Assembly: GCA_964016885.1 (NCBI GenBank)
Contig: OZ024745.1
Coordinates: forward strand, 6,572,001-6,636,000
Direction of reading: 5' to 3'
DNA from: Eledone cirrhosa
Lineage: Eukaryota
Length of the DNA stretch: 64,000 nt
A program made the position numbers and the translations under genes. Positions 37,871 through 51,200 of this stretch are shown piece by piece. Below the pieces are notes generated by a model, which worked only from the letters and a program-made list of their open reading frames with translations, searched no databases and was not told the DNA's origin. Positions within the stretch are counted from its first letter, which is position 1. The number at the start of each line of letters is the position of its first letter.

Positions 37871-40800
37871 GGTGTCTAGAGGGTGAGACATAGTAGGGTG
37901 TCTGGAGGGTGAGACGTAGTAGGGTGTCTGGAGGGTGAGACGTAGTAGGGTGTCTGGAGGGTGAGACAGAGTAGGGTGTCTGGAGGGTGTGACATAGTAG
38001 GGTTTCTGGAGGGTGAGACATAGTATGGTGTCTGGAGAGTGAGACACAGGATGTCTGGGGGGTGAGACATAGTAGCGTGTCTGGAGAGTGAGACATAGTA
38101 GGGTGTCTGGAGGGTGAGACAGAGTAGCGTGTCTGGAGAGTGATACATAGTAGGGTGTCTGGAGAGTGAGACATAGTAGGGTGTCTGGAGAGTGAGACAT
38201 AGTAGGGTGTCTGGAGAGTGAGACATAGTAGGGTGTCTGGAGAGTGAGACATAGTAGCGTGTCTGGAGAGTGAGACATAGTAGGGTGTCTCGAGGGTGAG
38301 ACATAGTAGGGTGCTGGAGAGGGAGACATAGTAGGGTGTCTGGAGAGTGAGACAGAGTAGCGTGTCTGGAGAGTGAGACATAGTAGGGTGTCTGTTGGGT
38401 GAGACACAGGGTGTCTGGAGGGTGAGACAGAGTAGGGTGTCTGGAGAGTGAGATATAGTAGGGTGTCTGGGGGGTGAGACGTAGTAGGCTGTCTGGAGGG
38501 TGAGACATAGTAGGGTGTCTGGAGGGTGAGACACAGGGTGTCTGGACGGTGAGACAGAGTAGGGTGTCTGCAGAGTGAGACATAGTAGGGTGTCTGGAGA
38601 GTGAGACATAGTAGGGTGTCTGGAGGGTGAGACATAGTAGGGTGTCTGGAGGTTGAGTTATAGTAGGGTGTCTGGAGGGTGAGACATAGTAGGGTGTCTG
38701 GAGGGTGAGACATAGTAGGGTGTCTGGAAGGTGAGTCATAGTAGGGTGTCTGAAGGCTGAGTTATAGTAGGGTGTCTGGAGGGTGAGACATAGTAGGGTG
38801 TCTGGAGAGTGAGACATAGTAGCTTGTCTGGAGGGTGAGACATAGTAGGGTGTCTGGAGAGTGAGACATAGTAGGGTGTCTGGAGAGTGAGACATAGTAG
38901 GGTGTCTGGAGGGTGAGACAGTGTAGGGTGTCTGGAGGTTGAGTTATAGTAGGGTGTCTGGAGGGTGAGACATAGTAGGGTGTCTGGAGGTTGAGTTATA
39001 GTAGGGTGTCTGCAGGGTGAGACATAGTAGGGTGTCTGGAGGTTGAGTTATAGTAGGGTGTCTGGAGGGTGAGACATAATAGGGTGTCTGGAGGGTGAGA
39101 CAGAGTAGGGTGTCTGGAGATTGAGTTATAGTAGGGTGTCTGGAGGGTGAGACAGAGTAGTGTGTCTGTAGGATGAGACAGAGTAGGGTGTCTGGAGAGT
39201 GAGACATAGTAGGGTGTCTGGGGGGTGAGACGTAGTAGGGTGTCTGGAGGGTGAGACATAGTAGGGTGTCTGGAGGGTGAGACACAGGGTGTCTGGACGG
39301 TGAGACAGAGTAGGATGTCTGGAGGGTGAGACAGAGTAGGTTGTCTGGAGGGTGAGACAGAGTAGGGTGTCTGGAGGGTGAGACATAGTAGGGTGTCTGG
39401 AGGGTGAGACGTAGTAGGGTGTCTGGAGGGTGAGACGTAGTAGGGTGTCTGGAGGGTGAGACGTAGTAGGGTGTCTGGAGAGTGAGACATAGTAGGGTGT
39501 CTAGAGGGTGAGACATAGTAGGGTGTCTCGAGAGTGAGACATAGTAGGGTGTCTGGAGGGTGAGACGTAGTAGGGTGTTTGGAGGGTGATACGTAGTAGG
39601 GTGTCTGGAGAGTGAGACATAGTAGGGTGTCTGGAGGGTGAGACATAGTAGGGTGTCTGGAGAGTGAGACATAGTAAGGTGTCTGGAGGGTGAGACATAG
39701 TAGGGTGTCTGGGGAGTGAGACATAGTAGGGTGTCTGGAGGGTGAGACATAGTAGGGTGTCTGGAGGGTGAGACAGAGTAGCGTGTCTGGAGAGTGAGAC
39801 ATAGTAGGGTGTCTGGAGAGTGAGACATAGTAGGGTGTCTGGAGAGTGAGACATAGTAAGGTGTCTGGAGGGTGAGACATAGTAGGGTGTCTGGAGAGTG
39901 AGACATAGTAGGGTGTCTGGAGAGTGAGACATATTAGGGTGTCTGGAGGGTGAGACGTAGTAGGGTGTCTGGAGGGTGAGACATAGTAGGGTGTTTGGAG
40001 GGTGATACGTAGTAGGGTGTCTGGAGGGTGAGACGTAGTAGGGTGTCTGGAGGGTGAGACAGAGTAGGGTGTCTGGAAGTTGAGTTATGGTAGGGTGTCT
40101 GGAGGGTGAGACACAGGGTGTCTGGAGGGTGAGACAGAGTAGGGTGTCTGGAGGGTGAGACATAGTAGGGTGTCTGGAGGGTGAGACATAGTAGGGGGTC
40201 TAGAGGGTGAGACATAGTAGGGTGTCTGGAGGGTGAGACGTAGTAGGGTGTCTGGAGGGTGAGACGTAGTAGGGTGTCTGGAGGGTCAGACAGAGTAGGG
40301 TGTCTGGAAGGTGAGACATAGTAGGGTTTCTGGAGGGTGAGACATAGTATGGTGTCTGGAGGGTGAGACACAGGGTGTCTGGGGGGTGAGACATAGTAGC
40401 GTGTCTGGAGGGTGAGCCATAGTAGGGTGTCTGGAGAGTGAGACATAGTAGGGTGTCTGGAGAGTGAGACAGAGTAGCGTGTCTGGAGAGTGAGACATAG
40501 TAGGGTGTCTGGAGAGTGAGACATAGTAGCGTGTCTGGAGAGTGAGACATAGTAGGGTGTCTCGAGGGTGAGACACAGGGTGTCTGGAGGGTGAGACATA
40601 GTAGGGTGTCTGGAGAGTGAGACATAGTAGGGTGTCTGTTGGGCGAGACACAGGGTGTCTGGAGGGTGAGACAGAGTAGGGTGTCTGGAGGTTGAGACAC
40701 AGGGTGTCTGGACGGTGAGACAGAGTAGGGTGTCTGGAGAGTGAGAATTAGTAGGGTGTCTGGAGAGTGAGACATAGTAGGGTGTCTGGAGAGTGAGACA

Positions 40801-43800
40801 TAGTAGGGTGTCTGGGGGGGGGTGAGACGTAGTAGGGTGTCTGGAGGGTGAGACATAGTAGGGTGTCTGGAGATTGAGACACAGAGTGTCTGGACGGTGA
40901 GACAGAGTAGGGTGTCTGGAGAGTGAGACATAGTAGGGTGTCTGGAGAGTGAGACATAGTAGGGTGTCTCAAGGGTGAGACATAGTAGGGTGTCTGGAGG
41001 TTGAGTTATAGTAGGGTGTCTGGAGGGTGAGACATAGTAGGAAGTCTGGAGGGTGAGACATAGTAGGGTGTCTGGAGGGTGGGACAGAAGAGGGTGTCTG
41101 GAGGTTGAGTTATAGTAGGGTGTCTGGAGGGTGAGACATAGTAGGGTGTCTGGAGAGTAAGACATAGTAGCGTGTCTGGATGGTGAGACATAGTAGGGTG
41201 TCTGGAGGTTGAGTTATAGTAGGGTGTCTGGAGGGTGGGACATAGTAGGGTGTCTGGAGGTTGAGTTATAGTAGGGTGTCTGGAGGGTGAGACAGAGTAG
41301 GGTGTCTGGAGGGTGAGACAGAGTAGGGTGTCTGGAGGGTGAGACATAGTAGGGTGTCTGGAGGGTGAGACATAGTAGGTTGTCTGGAGGTTGAGTTATA
41401 GTAGGGTGTCTGGAGGGTGAGACATAGTAGGGTGTCTGGAGGGTGAGACAGAGTAGGGTGTCTGGAGGGTGGGACAGAATAGGTGTCTGGAGGTTGAGTT
41501 ATAGTAGGGTGTCTGGAGGGTGAGACATAGTAGGGTGTCTGGAGAGTAAGACATAGTAGCGTGTCTGGAGGGTGAGACATAGTAGGGTGTCTGGAGGTTG
41601 AGTTATAGTAGGGTGTCTGGAGGTTGAGACAGAGTAGGGTGTCTGGAGGATGAGACAGAGTAGGGTGTCTGGAGAGTGAGACATAGTAGGGTGTCTGGGG
41701 GGTGAGAGGTAGTAGGGTGTCTGGAGGGTGAGACATAGTAGGGTGTCTGGAGGGTGGGACACAGGGTGTCTGGACGGTGAGACAGAGTAGGATGTCTGGA
41801 GGGTGAGACAGAGTAGGGTGTCTGGAGGGTGAGACAGAGTAGGGTGTCTGGAGGGTGAGACATAGTAGGGTGTCTGGAGGGTGAGTCAGAGTAGCGTGTC
41901 TGGAGAGTGAGACATATTAGGGTGTCTGGAGAGTGAGACATAGTAGGGTGTCTGGAGAGTGAGATATAGTAGAGTGTCTGGAGAGTGAGACATATTAGGG
42001 TGTCTGGAGAGTGAGACATAGTAGGGTGTCTGGAGAGTGAGATATAGTAGAGTGTCTGGAGAGTGAGACATAGTAGGGTGTCTGGGGGGAGAGACGTAGT
42101 AGGGTATCTGGAGAGTGAAACATAGTAGGGTGTCTGGAGAGTGAGGCATAGTAGGGTCTCCGAAGGGTGAGACGTAGTAGGGTGTATGGAGGGTTAGACG
42201 TAGTAGTGTGTCTGGAGGGTGAGACGTAGTAGGGTGTCTGGAGGTTGAGTTATAGTAGGGTGTCTGGAGGGTGAGACAGTAGGGTGTCTGGAGGTTGAGT
42301 TATAGTTGGGTGTCTGGAGGGTGAGACATAATAGAGTGTCTGGAGGGTGAGACAGAGTAGGGTGTCTGGAGGTTGAGTTATAGTAGGGTGTCTGGAGAGT
42401 GAGACCGAGTAGGGTGTCTGGAGAGTGAGACGTAGTAGGGTGTCTGGAGGGTGAGACGTAGTAGGGTGTCTGGAGGGTGAGACATAGTAGGGTGTCTGGA
42501 GGGTGAGACACAGGGTGTCTGGACGGTGAGACAGAGTAGGATGTCTGGAGGGTGAGACAGAGTAGGGTGTCTGGAGGGTGAGACAGAGTAGGGTGTCTGG
42601 AGGGTGAGACATAGTAGGGTGTCTGGAGGGTGAGACAGAGTAGCGTGTCTGGAGAGTGAGACATATTAGGGTGTCTGGAGAGTGAGACATAGTAGGGTGT
42701 CTGGAGAGTGAGATATAGTAGAGTGTCTGGAGAGTGAGACATAGTAGGGTGTCTGGGGGATTAGACGTAGTAGAGTGTCTGGAGAGTGAGAAATAGTAGG
42801 GTGTCTGGGGGATTAGACGTAGTAGGGTATCTGGAGAGTGAAACATAGTAGGGTGTCTGGAGAGTGAGACATAGTAGGGTGTCTGGAGGGTGAGACGTAG
42901 TAGGGTGTACGGAGGGTGAGACGTAGTAGGGTGTCTGGAGGGTGAGACGTAGTAGGGTGTCTGGAGGGTGAGACGTAGTAGGGTGTCTGGAGAGTGAGAC
43001 ATAGTAGGGTGTCTAGAGGGTGAGACATAGTAGGGTGTCTCGAGAGTGAGACATAGTAGGGTGTCTGGAGGGTGAGACGTAGTAGGGTGTTTGGAGGGTG
43101 AGACGTAGTAGGGTGTCTGGAGGGTGAGACGTAGTAGGGAGTCTGGAAGGTGAGACAGAGTAGGGTGTCTGGAAGTTGAGTTATAGTAGGGTGTCTGGAG
43201 GGTGAGACACAGGGTGTCTGGAGGGTGAGACAGAGTAGGGTGTCTGGGGGGTGAGACATAGCAGGGTGTCTGCAGGGTGAGACATAGTAGGGTGTCTAGA
43301 GTGTTTGACATAGTAGGGTGTCTGGAGGGTGAGACGTAGTAGGATGTCTGGAGGGTGAGACGTAGTAGGGTGTCTGGAGGGTGAGACATAGTAGGGTTTC
43401 TGGAGGGTGAGACATAGTATGGTGTCTGGAGGGTGAGACACAGGGTGTCTGGGGGTGAGACATAGTAGCGTGTCTGGAGAGTGAGACATAGTAGGGTGTC
43501 TGGAGGGTGAGACAGAGTAGCGTGTCTGGAGAGTGAGACATAGTAGGGTGTCTGGTGAGTGAGACATAGTAGGGTGTCTGGAGAGTGAGACATAGTAGGG
43601 TGTCTGGAGGGTGAGACATTGTAGGGTGTCTGGAGAGTGAGACAGAGTAGGGTGTCTCGAGAGTGAGACAGAGTAGCGTGTCTGGAGAGTGAGACATAGT
43701 AGGGTGTCTGGAGGGTGAGACATAGTAGGGTGTCTGGAGGGTGAGACATAGTAGGGTGTCTGGAGAGTGAGACATAGTAGGGTGTCTGGAGAGTGAGACA

Positions 43801-46800
43801 TAGTAGGGTGTCTGTTGGGTGAGACACAGGGTGTCTTGAGCGTGAGACAGAGTAGGGTGCCTGGAGGGTGAGACATAGTAGGGTGTCTGGAGAGTGAGAC
43901 ATAGTAGGGTGTCTGGAGAGTGAGACATAGTAGGGTGTTTGTTGGGTGAGACACAGGGTGTCTTGAGGGTGAGACAGAGTAGGGTGTCTGGAGAGTGAGA
44001 TATAGTAGGGTGTCTGCGGGGTGAGACGTAGTAGGGTGTCTGGAGGGTGAGACATAGTAGGGTGTCTGGAGGGTGAGACACAGGGTGTCTGGAGGGTGAG
44101 ACACAGGGTGTCTGGACGGTGAGACAGAGTAGGGTGTCTGGAGAGTGAGACATAGTAGGGTGTCTGGAGAGTGAGACATAGTAGGGTGTCTGGAGGGTGA
44201 GACATAGTAGGGTGTCTGGAGGTTGAGTTATAGTAGGGTGTCTGGAGGGTGAGACAGAGTAGGGTGTCTGGAGGATGAGACAGAGTAGGGTGTCTGGAGA
44301 GTGAGACATAGTAGGGTGTCTGGGTGGTGAGACGTAGTAGGGTGTCTGGAGGGTGAGACATAGTAGGGTGTCTGGAGGGTGAGACACACGGTGTCTGGAC
44401 GGTGAGAGAGAGTAGGATGTCTGGAGGGTGAGACAGAGTAGGGTATCTGGAGGGTGAGACAGATTAGGGTGTCTGGAGGGTGAGACATAGTAGGGTGTCT
44501 GGAGGGTGAGACAGAGTAGCGTGTCTGGAGAGTGAGACATATTAGGGTGTCTGGAGAGTGAGACATAGTAGAGTGTCTGGAGAGTGAGATATAGTAGAGT
44601 GTCTGGAGTGTGAGACATAGTAGGATGTCTGGGGGGTGAGACGTAGTAGGGTATCTGGAGAGTGAAACATAGTAGGGTGTCTGGAGAGTGAGACATAGTA
44701 GGGTGTCTGGAGGGTGAGACGTAGTAGGGTGTATGGAGGGTGAGACGTAGTAGGGTGTCTGGAGGGTGAGACGTAGTAGGGTGTCTGGAGGGTGAGACGT
44801 AGTAGGGTGTCTGGAGAGTGAGACATAGTAGGGTGTCTAGAGGGTGAGACATAGTAGGGTGTCTCGAGAGTGAGACATAGTAGATGTCTGGAGGGTGAGA
44901 CGTAGTAGGGTGTCTGGAGGTTGAGGCAGAGTAGGGTGTCTGACAGTTGAGTTATAGTAGGGTGTCTGGAGGGTGAGACACAGGGTGTCTGGAGGGTGAG
45001 ACAGAGTAGGGTGTCTGGAGGGTGAGACATAGTAGGGTGTCTGGAGGGTGAGACATAGTAGGGTGTCTAGAGGGTGAGACATAGTAGGGTGTTTGGAGGG
45101 TGAGACGTAGAAGGGTGTCTGGAGGGTGAGACTTAGTAGGGTGTCTGGAGGGTGAGACAGAGTAGGGTGTCTGGATGGTGAGACATAGTAGGGTTTCTGG
45201 AGGGTGAGACATAGTATGGTGTCTGGAGGGTGAGACACAGGATGTCTGGGGGGTGAGACATAGTAGCGTGTCTGGAGAGTGAGACATAGTAGGGTGTCTG
45301 GAGGGTGAGACAGAGTAGCGTGTCTGGAGAGTGAGACATAGTAGGGTGTCTGGAGAGTGAGACATTGTAGGGTGTCTGGAGAGTGAGACATAGTAGGGTG
45401 TCTGGAGAGTGAGACATAGTAGGGTGTCTGGAGAGTGAGACATAGTAGCGTGTCTGGAGAGTGAGACATAGTAGGGTGTCTCGAGGGTGAGACATAGTAG
45501 GGTGCTGGAGAGTGAGACATAGTAGGGTGTCTGGAGAGTGGGACAGAGTAGCGTGTCTGGAGAGTGAGACATAGTAGGGTGTCTGTTGGGTGAGACACAG
45601 GGTGTCTGGAGGGTGAGACAGAGTAGGGTGTCTGGAGAGTGAGATATAGTAGGGTGTCTGGGGGGTGAGACGTAGTAGGGTGTCTGGAGGGTGAGACATA
45701 GTAGTGTGTCTGGAGGGTGAGACACAGGGTGTCTGGACGGTGAGACAGAGTAGGGTGTCTGCAGAGTGAGACATAGTAGGGTGTCTGGAGAGTGAGACAT
45801 AGTAGGGTGTCTGGAGGGTGAGACATAGTAGGGTGTCTGGAGGTTGAGTTATAGTAGGGTGTCTGGAGGGTGAGACATAGTAGGGTGTCTGGAGGGTGAG
45901 ACATAGTAGGGTGTCTGGAGGGTGAGACATAGTAGGGTGTCTGGAGGCTGAGTTATAGTAGGGTGTCTGAAGGGTGAGACATAGTAGGGTGTCTGGAGAG
46001 TGAGACATAGTAGGGTGTCTGGAGAGTGAGACATAGTAGGGTGTCTGGAGGGTGAGACAGTGTAGGGTGTGTGGAGGTTGAGTTATAGTAGGGTGTCTGG
46101 AGGGTGAGACATAGTAGGGTGTCTGGAGAGTGAGACATAGTAGCGTGTCTGGAGGGTGAGACATAGTAGGGTGTCTGGAGGTTGAGTTATAGTAGGGTGT
46201 CTGGAGGGTGAGACATAGTAGGGTGTCTGGAGGTTGAGTTATAGTAGGGTGTCTGGAGGGTGAGACATAATAGGGTGTCTGGAGGGTGAGACAGAGTAGG
46301 GTGTCTGGAGGTTGAGTTATAGTAGGGTGTCTGGAGGGTGAGACAGAGTAGGGTGTCTGTAGGATGAGACAGAGTAGGGTGTCTGGAGAGTGAGACATAG
46401 TAGGGTGTCTGGGGGGTGATACGTAGTAGGGTGTCTGGAGGGTGAGACATAGTAGGGTGTCTGGAGGGTGAGACACAGGGTGTCTGGACGGTGAGACAGA
46501 GTAGGATGTCTGGAGGGTGAGACAGAGTAGGGTGTCTGGAGGGTGAGACAGAGTAGGGTGTCTGGAGGGTGAGACATAGTAGGGTGATTGGAGGGTGAGA
46601 CGTAGTAGGGTGTCTGGAGGGTGAGACGTAGTAGGGTGTCTGGAGGGTGAGACGTAGTAGTGTGTCTGGAGAGTGAGACATAGTAGGGTGTCTAGAGGGT
46701 GAGTCATAGTAGGGTGTCTCGAGAGTGAGACATAGTAGGGTGTCTGGAGGGTGAGACGTAGTAGGGTGTCTGGAGGGTGAGACGTAGTAGGGTGTCTGGA

Positions 46801-48239
46801 GGGTGAGACGTAGTAGGGTGTCTGGAGAGTGAGACATAGTAGGGTTTCTAGAGGGTGAGACATAGTAGGGTGTCTCGAGAGTGAGACATAGTAGGGTGTC
46901 TGGAGGGTGAGACGTAGTAGGGTGTCTGGAGGGTGAGACAGAGTAGGGTGTCTGGAAGTTGAGTTATAGTAGGGTGTCTGGAGGGTGAGACACAGGGTGT
47001 CTGGAGGGTGAGACAGAGTAGGGTGTCTGGAGGGTGAGACATAGTAGGGTGTCTGGAGGGTGAGACATAGTAGGGTGTCTAGAGGGTGAGACATAGTAGG
47101 GTGTCTGGAGGGTGAGACGTAGTAGGGTGTCTGGAGGGTGAGACGTAGTAGGGTGTCTGGAGGGTCAGACAGAGTAGGGTGTCTGGAGGGTGAGACATAG
47201 TAGGGTTTCTGGAGGGTGAGACATAGTATGGTGTCTGGAGGGTGAGACACAGGGTGTCTGGGGGTGAGACATAGTAGCGTGTCTGGAGAGTGAGACATAG
47301 TAGGGTGTCTGGAGGGTGAGACAGAGTAGCGTGTCTGGAGAGTGAGACATAGTAGGGTGTCTGGAGAGTGAGACATAGTAGGGTGTCTGGAGAGTGAGAC
47401 ATAGTAGGGTGTCTGGAGGGTGAGACATAGTAGGGTGTCTGGAGAGTGAGACATAGTAGGGTGTCTGGATAGTGAGACATAGTAGGGTGTCTGGTGGGTG
47501 AGACGTAGTAGGGTGTTTGGAGGGTGATACGTAGTAGGGTGTCTGGAGGGTGAGACGTAGTAGGGTGTCTGGAGGGTGAGACATAGTAGGGTGTCTGGAG
47601 AGTGAGACATAGTAGGGTGTCTGGAGAGTGAGACATAGTAGCGTGTCTGGAGAGTGAGACATAGTAGGGTGTCTCGAGGGTGAGACACAGGGTGTCTGGA
47701 GGGTGAGACATAGTAGGGTGCTGGAGAGTGAGACATAGTAGGGTGTCTGGAGAGTGAGACATAGTAGGCTGTCTGTTGGGTGAGACACAGGGTGTCTGGA
47801 GGGTGAGACAGAGTAGTGTGTCTGGAGAGTGAGATATAGTAGGGTGTCTGGGGGGTGAGACGTAGTAGGGTGTCTGGAGGGTGAGACATAGTAGGGTGTC
47901 TGGAGGTTGAGACACAGGGTGTCTGGACGGTGAGACAGAGTAGGGTGTCTGGAGAGTGAGACATAGTAGGGTGTCTGGAGAGTGAGACATAGTAGGGTGT
48001 CTGGAGGGAGAGACATAGTAGGGTGTCTGGAGGTTGAGTTATAGTAGGGTGTCTGGAGGGTGAGACATAGTAGGAAGTCTGGAGGGTGAGACATAGTAGG
48101 GTGTCTGGAGGGTGGGACAGAATAGGGTGTCTGGAGGTTGAGTTATCGTAGGGTGTCTGGAGGGTGAGACATAGTAGGGTGTCTGGAGAGTAAGACATAG
48201 TAGCGTGTCTGGAGGGTGAGACATAGTAGGGTGTCTGGA

Positions 48240-51200
48240 TGTTGAGTTATAGTAGGGTGTCTGGAGGGTGAGACATAGTAGGGTGTCTGGAGGTTGAGTT
48301 ATAGTAGGGTGTCTGGAGGGTGAGACAGAGTAGGGTGTCTGGAGGGTGAGACAGAGTAGGGTGTCTGGCGGGTGAGACATAGTAGGGTGTCTGGAGGATG
48401 AGACAGAGTAGGGTGTCTGGAGAGTGAGACATAGTAGGGTGTCTGGGTGGTGAGACGTAGTAGGGTGTCTGGAGGGTGAGACATAGTAGGGTGTCTGGAG
48501 GGTGAGACACACGGTGTCTGGACGGTGAGAGAGAGTAGGATGTCTGGAGGGTGAGACAGAGTAGGGTATCTGGAGGGTGAGACAGATTAGGGTGTCTGGA
48601 GGGTGAGACATAGTAGGGTGTCTGGAGGGTGAGACAGAGTAGCGTGTCTGGAGAGTGAGACATATTAGGGTGTCTGGAGAGTGAGACATAGTAGAGTGTC
48701 TGGAGAGTGAGATATAGTAGAGTGTCTGGAGTGTGAGACATAGTAGGGTGTCTGGGGGGTGAGACGTAGTAGGGTATCTGGAGAGTGAAACATAGTAGGG
48801 TGTCTGGAGAGTGAGACATAGTAGGGTGTCTGGAGGGTGAGACGTAGTAGGGTGTATGGAGGGTGAGACGTAGTAGGGTGTCTGGAGGGTGAGACGTAGT
48901 AGGGTGTCTGGAGGGTGAGACGTAGTAGGGTGTCTGGAGAGTGAGACATAGTAGGGTGTCTAGAGGGTGAGACATAGTAGGGTGTCTCGAGAGTGAGACA
49001 TAGTAGATGTCTGGAGGGTGAGACGTAGTAGGGTGTCTGGAGGTTGAGGCAGAGTAGGGTGTCTGACAGTTGAGTTATAGTAGGGTGTCTGGAGGGTGAG
49101 ACACAGGGTGTCTGGAGGGTGAGACAGAGTAGGGTGTCTGGAGGGTGAGACATAGTAGGGTGTCTGGAGGGTGAGACATAGTAGGGTGTCTAGAGGGTGA
49201 GACATAGTAGGGTGTTTGGAGGGTGAGACGTAGAAGGGTGTCTGGAGGGTGAGACTTAGTAGGGTGTCTGGAGGGTGAGACAGAGTAGGGTGTCTGGATG
49301 GTGAGACATAGTAGGGTTTCTGGAGGGTGAGACATAGTATGGTGTCTGGAGGGTGAGACACAGGATGTCTGGGGGGTGAGACATAGTAGCGTGTCTGGAG
49401 AGTGAGACATAGTAGGGTGTCTGGAGGGTGAGACAGAGTAGCGTGTCTGGAGAGTGAGACATAGTAGGGTGTCTGGAGAGTGAGACATAGTAGGGTGTCT
49501 GGAGAGTGAGACATAGTAGGGTGTCTGGAGAGTGAGACATAGTAGCGTGTCTGGAGAGTGAGACATAGTAGGGTGTCTCGAGGGTGAGACATAGTAGGGT
49601 GCTGGAGAGTGAGACATAGTAGGGTGTCTGGAGAGTGGGACAGAGTAGCGTGTCTGGAGAGTGAGACATAGTAGGGTGTCTGTTGGGTGAGACACAGGGT
49701 GTCTGGAGGGTGAGACAGAGTAGGGTGTCTGGAGAGTGAGATATAGTAGGGTGTCTGGGGGGTGAGACGTAGTAGGGTGTCTGGAGGGTGAGACATAGTA
49801 GGGTGTCTGGAGGGTGAGACACAGGGTGTCTGGACGGTGAGACAGAGTAGGGTGTCTGCAGAGTGAGACATAGTAGGGTGTCTGGAGAGTGAGACATAGT
49901 AGGGTGTCTGGAGGGTGAGACATAGTAGGGTGTCTGGAGGTTGAGTTATAGTAGGGTGTCTGGAGGGTGAGACATAGTAGGGTGTCTGGAGGGTGAGACA
50001 TAGTAGGGTGTCTGGAGGGTGAGACATAGTAGGGTGTCTGGAGGCTGAGTTATAGTAGGGTGTCTGAAGGGTGAGACATAGTAGGGTGTCTGGAGAGTGA
50101 GACATAGTAGGGTGTCTGGAGAGTGAGACATAGTAGGGTGTCTGGAGGGTGAGACAGTGTAGGGTGTGTGGAGGTTGAGTTATAGTAGGGTGTCTGGAGG
50201 GTGAGACATAGTAGGGTGTCTGGAGAGTGAGACATAGTAGCGTGTCTGGAGGGTGAGACATAGTAGGGTGTCTGGAGGTTGAGTTATAGTAGGGTGTCTG
50301 GAGGGTGAGACATAATAGGGTGTCTGGAGGGTGAGACAGAGTAGGGTGTCTGGAGGTTGAGTTATAGTAGGGTGTCTGGATGTTGAGTTATAGTAGGGTG
50401 TCTGGAGGGTGAGACATAGTAGGGTGTCTGGAGGTTGAGTTATAGTAGGGTGTCTGGAGGGTGAGACAGAGTAGGGTGTCTGGAGGGTGAGACAGAGTAG
50501 GGTGTCTGGCGGGTGAGACATAGTAGGGTGTCTGGAGGATGAGACAGAGTAGGGTGTCTGGAGAGTGAGACATAGTAGGGTGTCTGGGTGGTGAGACGTA
50601 GTAGGGTGTCTGGAGGGTGAGACATAGTAGGGTGTCTGGAGGGTGAGACACACGGTGTCTGGACGGTGAGAGAGAGTAGGATGTCTGGAGGGTGAGACAG
50701 AGTAGGGTATCTGGAGGGTGAGACAGATTAGGGTGTCTGGAGGGTGAGACATAGTAGGGTGTCTGGAGGGTGAGACAGAGTAGCGTGTCTGGAGAGTGAG
50801 ACATATTAGGGTGTCTGGAGAGTGAGACATAGTAGAGTGTCTGGAGAGTGAGATATAGTAGAGTGTCTGGAGTGTGAGACATAGTAGGGTGTCTGGGGGG
50901 TGAGACGTAGTAGGGTATCTGGAGAGTGAAACATAGTAGGGTGTCTGGAGAGTGAGACATAGTAGGGTGTCTGGAGGGTGAGACGTAGTAGGGTGTATGG
51001 AGGGTGAGACGTAGTAGGGTGTCTGGAGGGTGAGACGTAGTAGGGTGTCTGGAGGGTGAGACGTAGTAGGGTGTCTGGAGAGTGAGACATAGTAGGGTGT
51101 CTAGAGGGTGAGACATAGTAGGGTGTCTCGAGAGTGAGACATAGTAGATGTCTGGAGGGTGAGACGTAGTAGGGTGTCTGGAGGTTGAGGCAGAGTAGGG

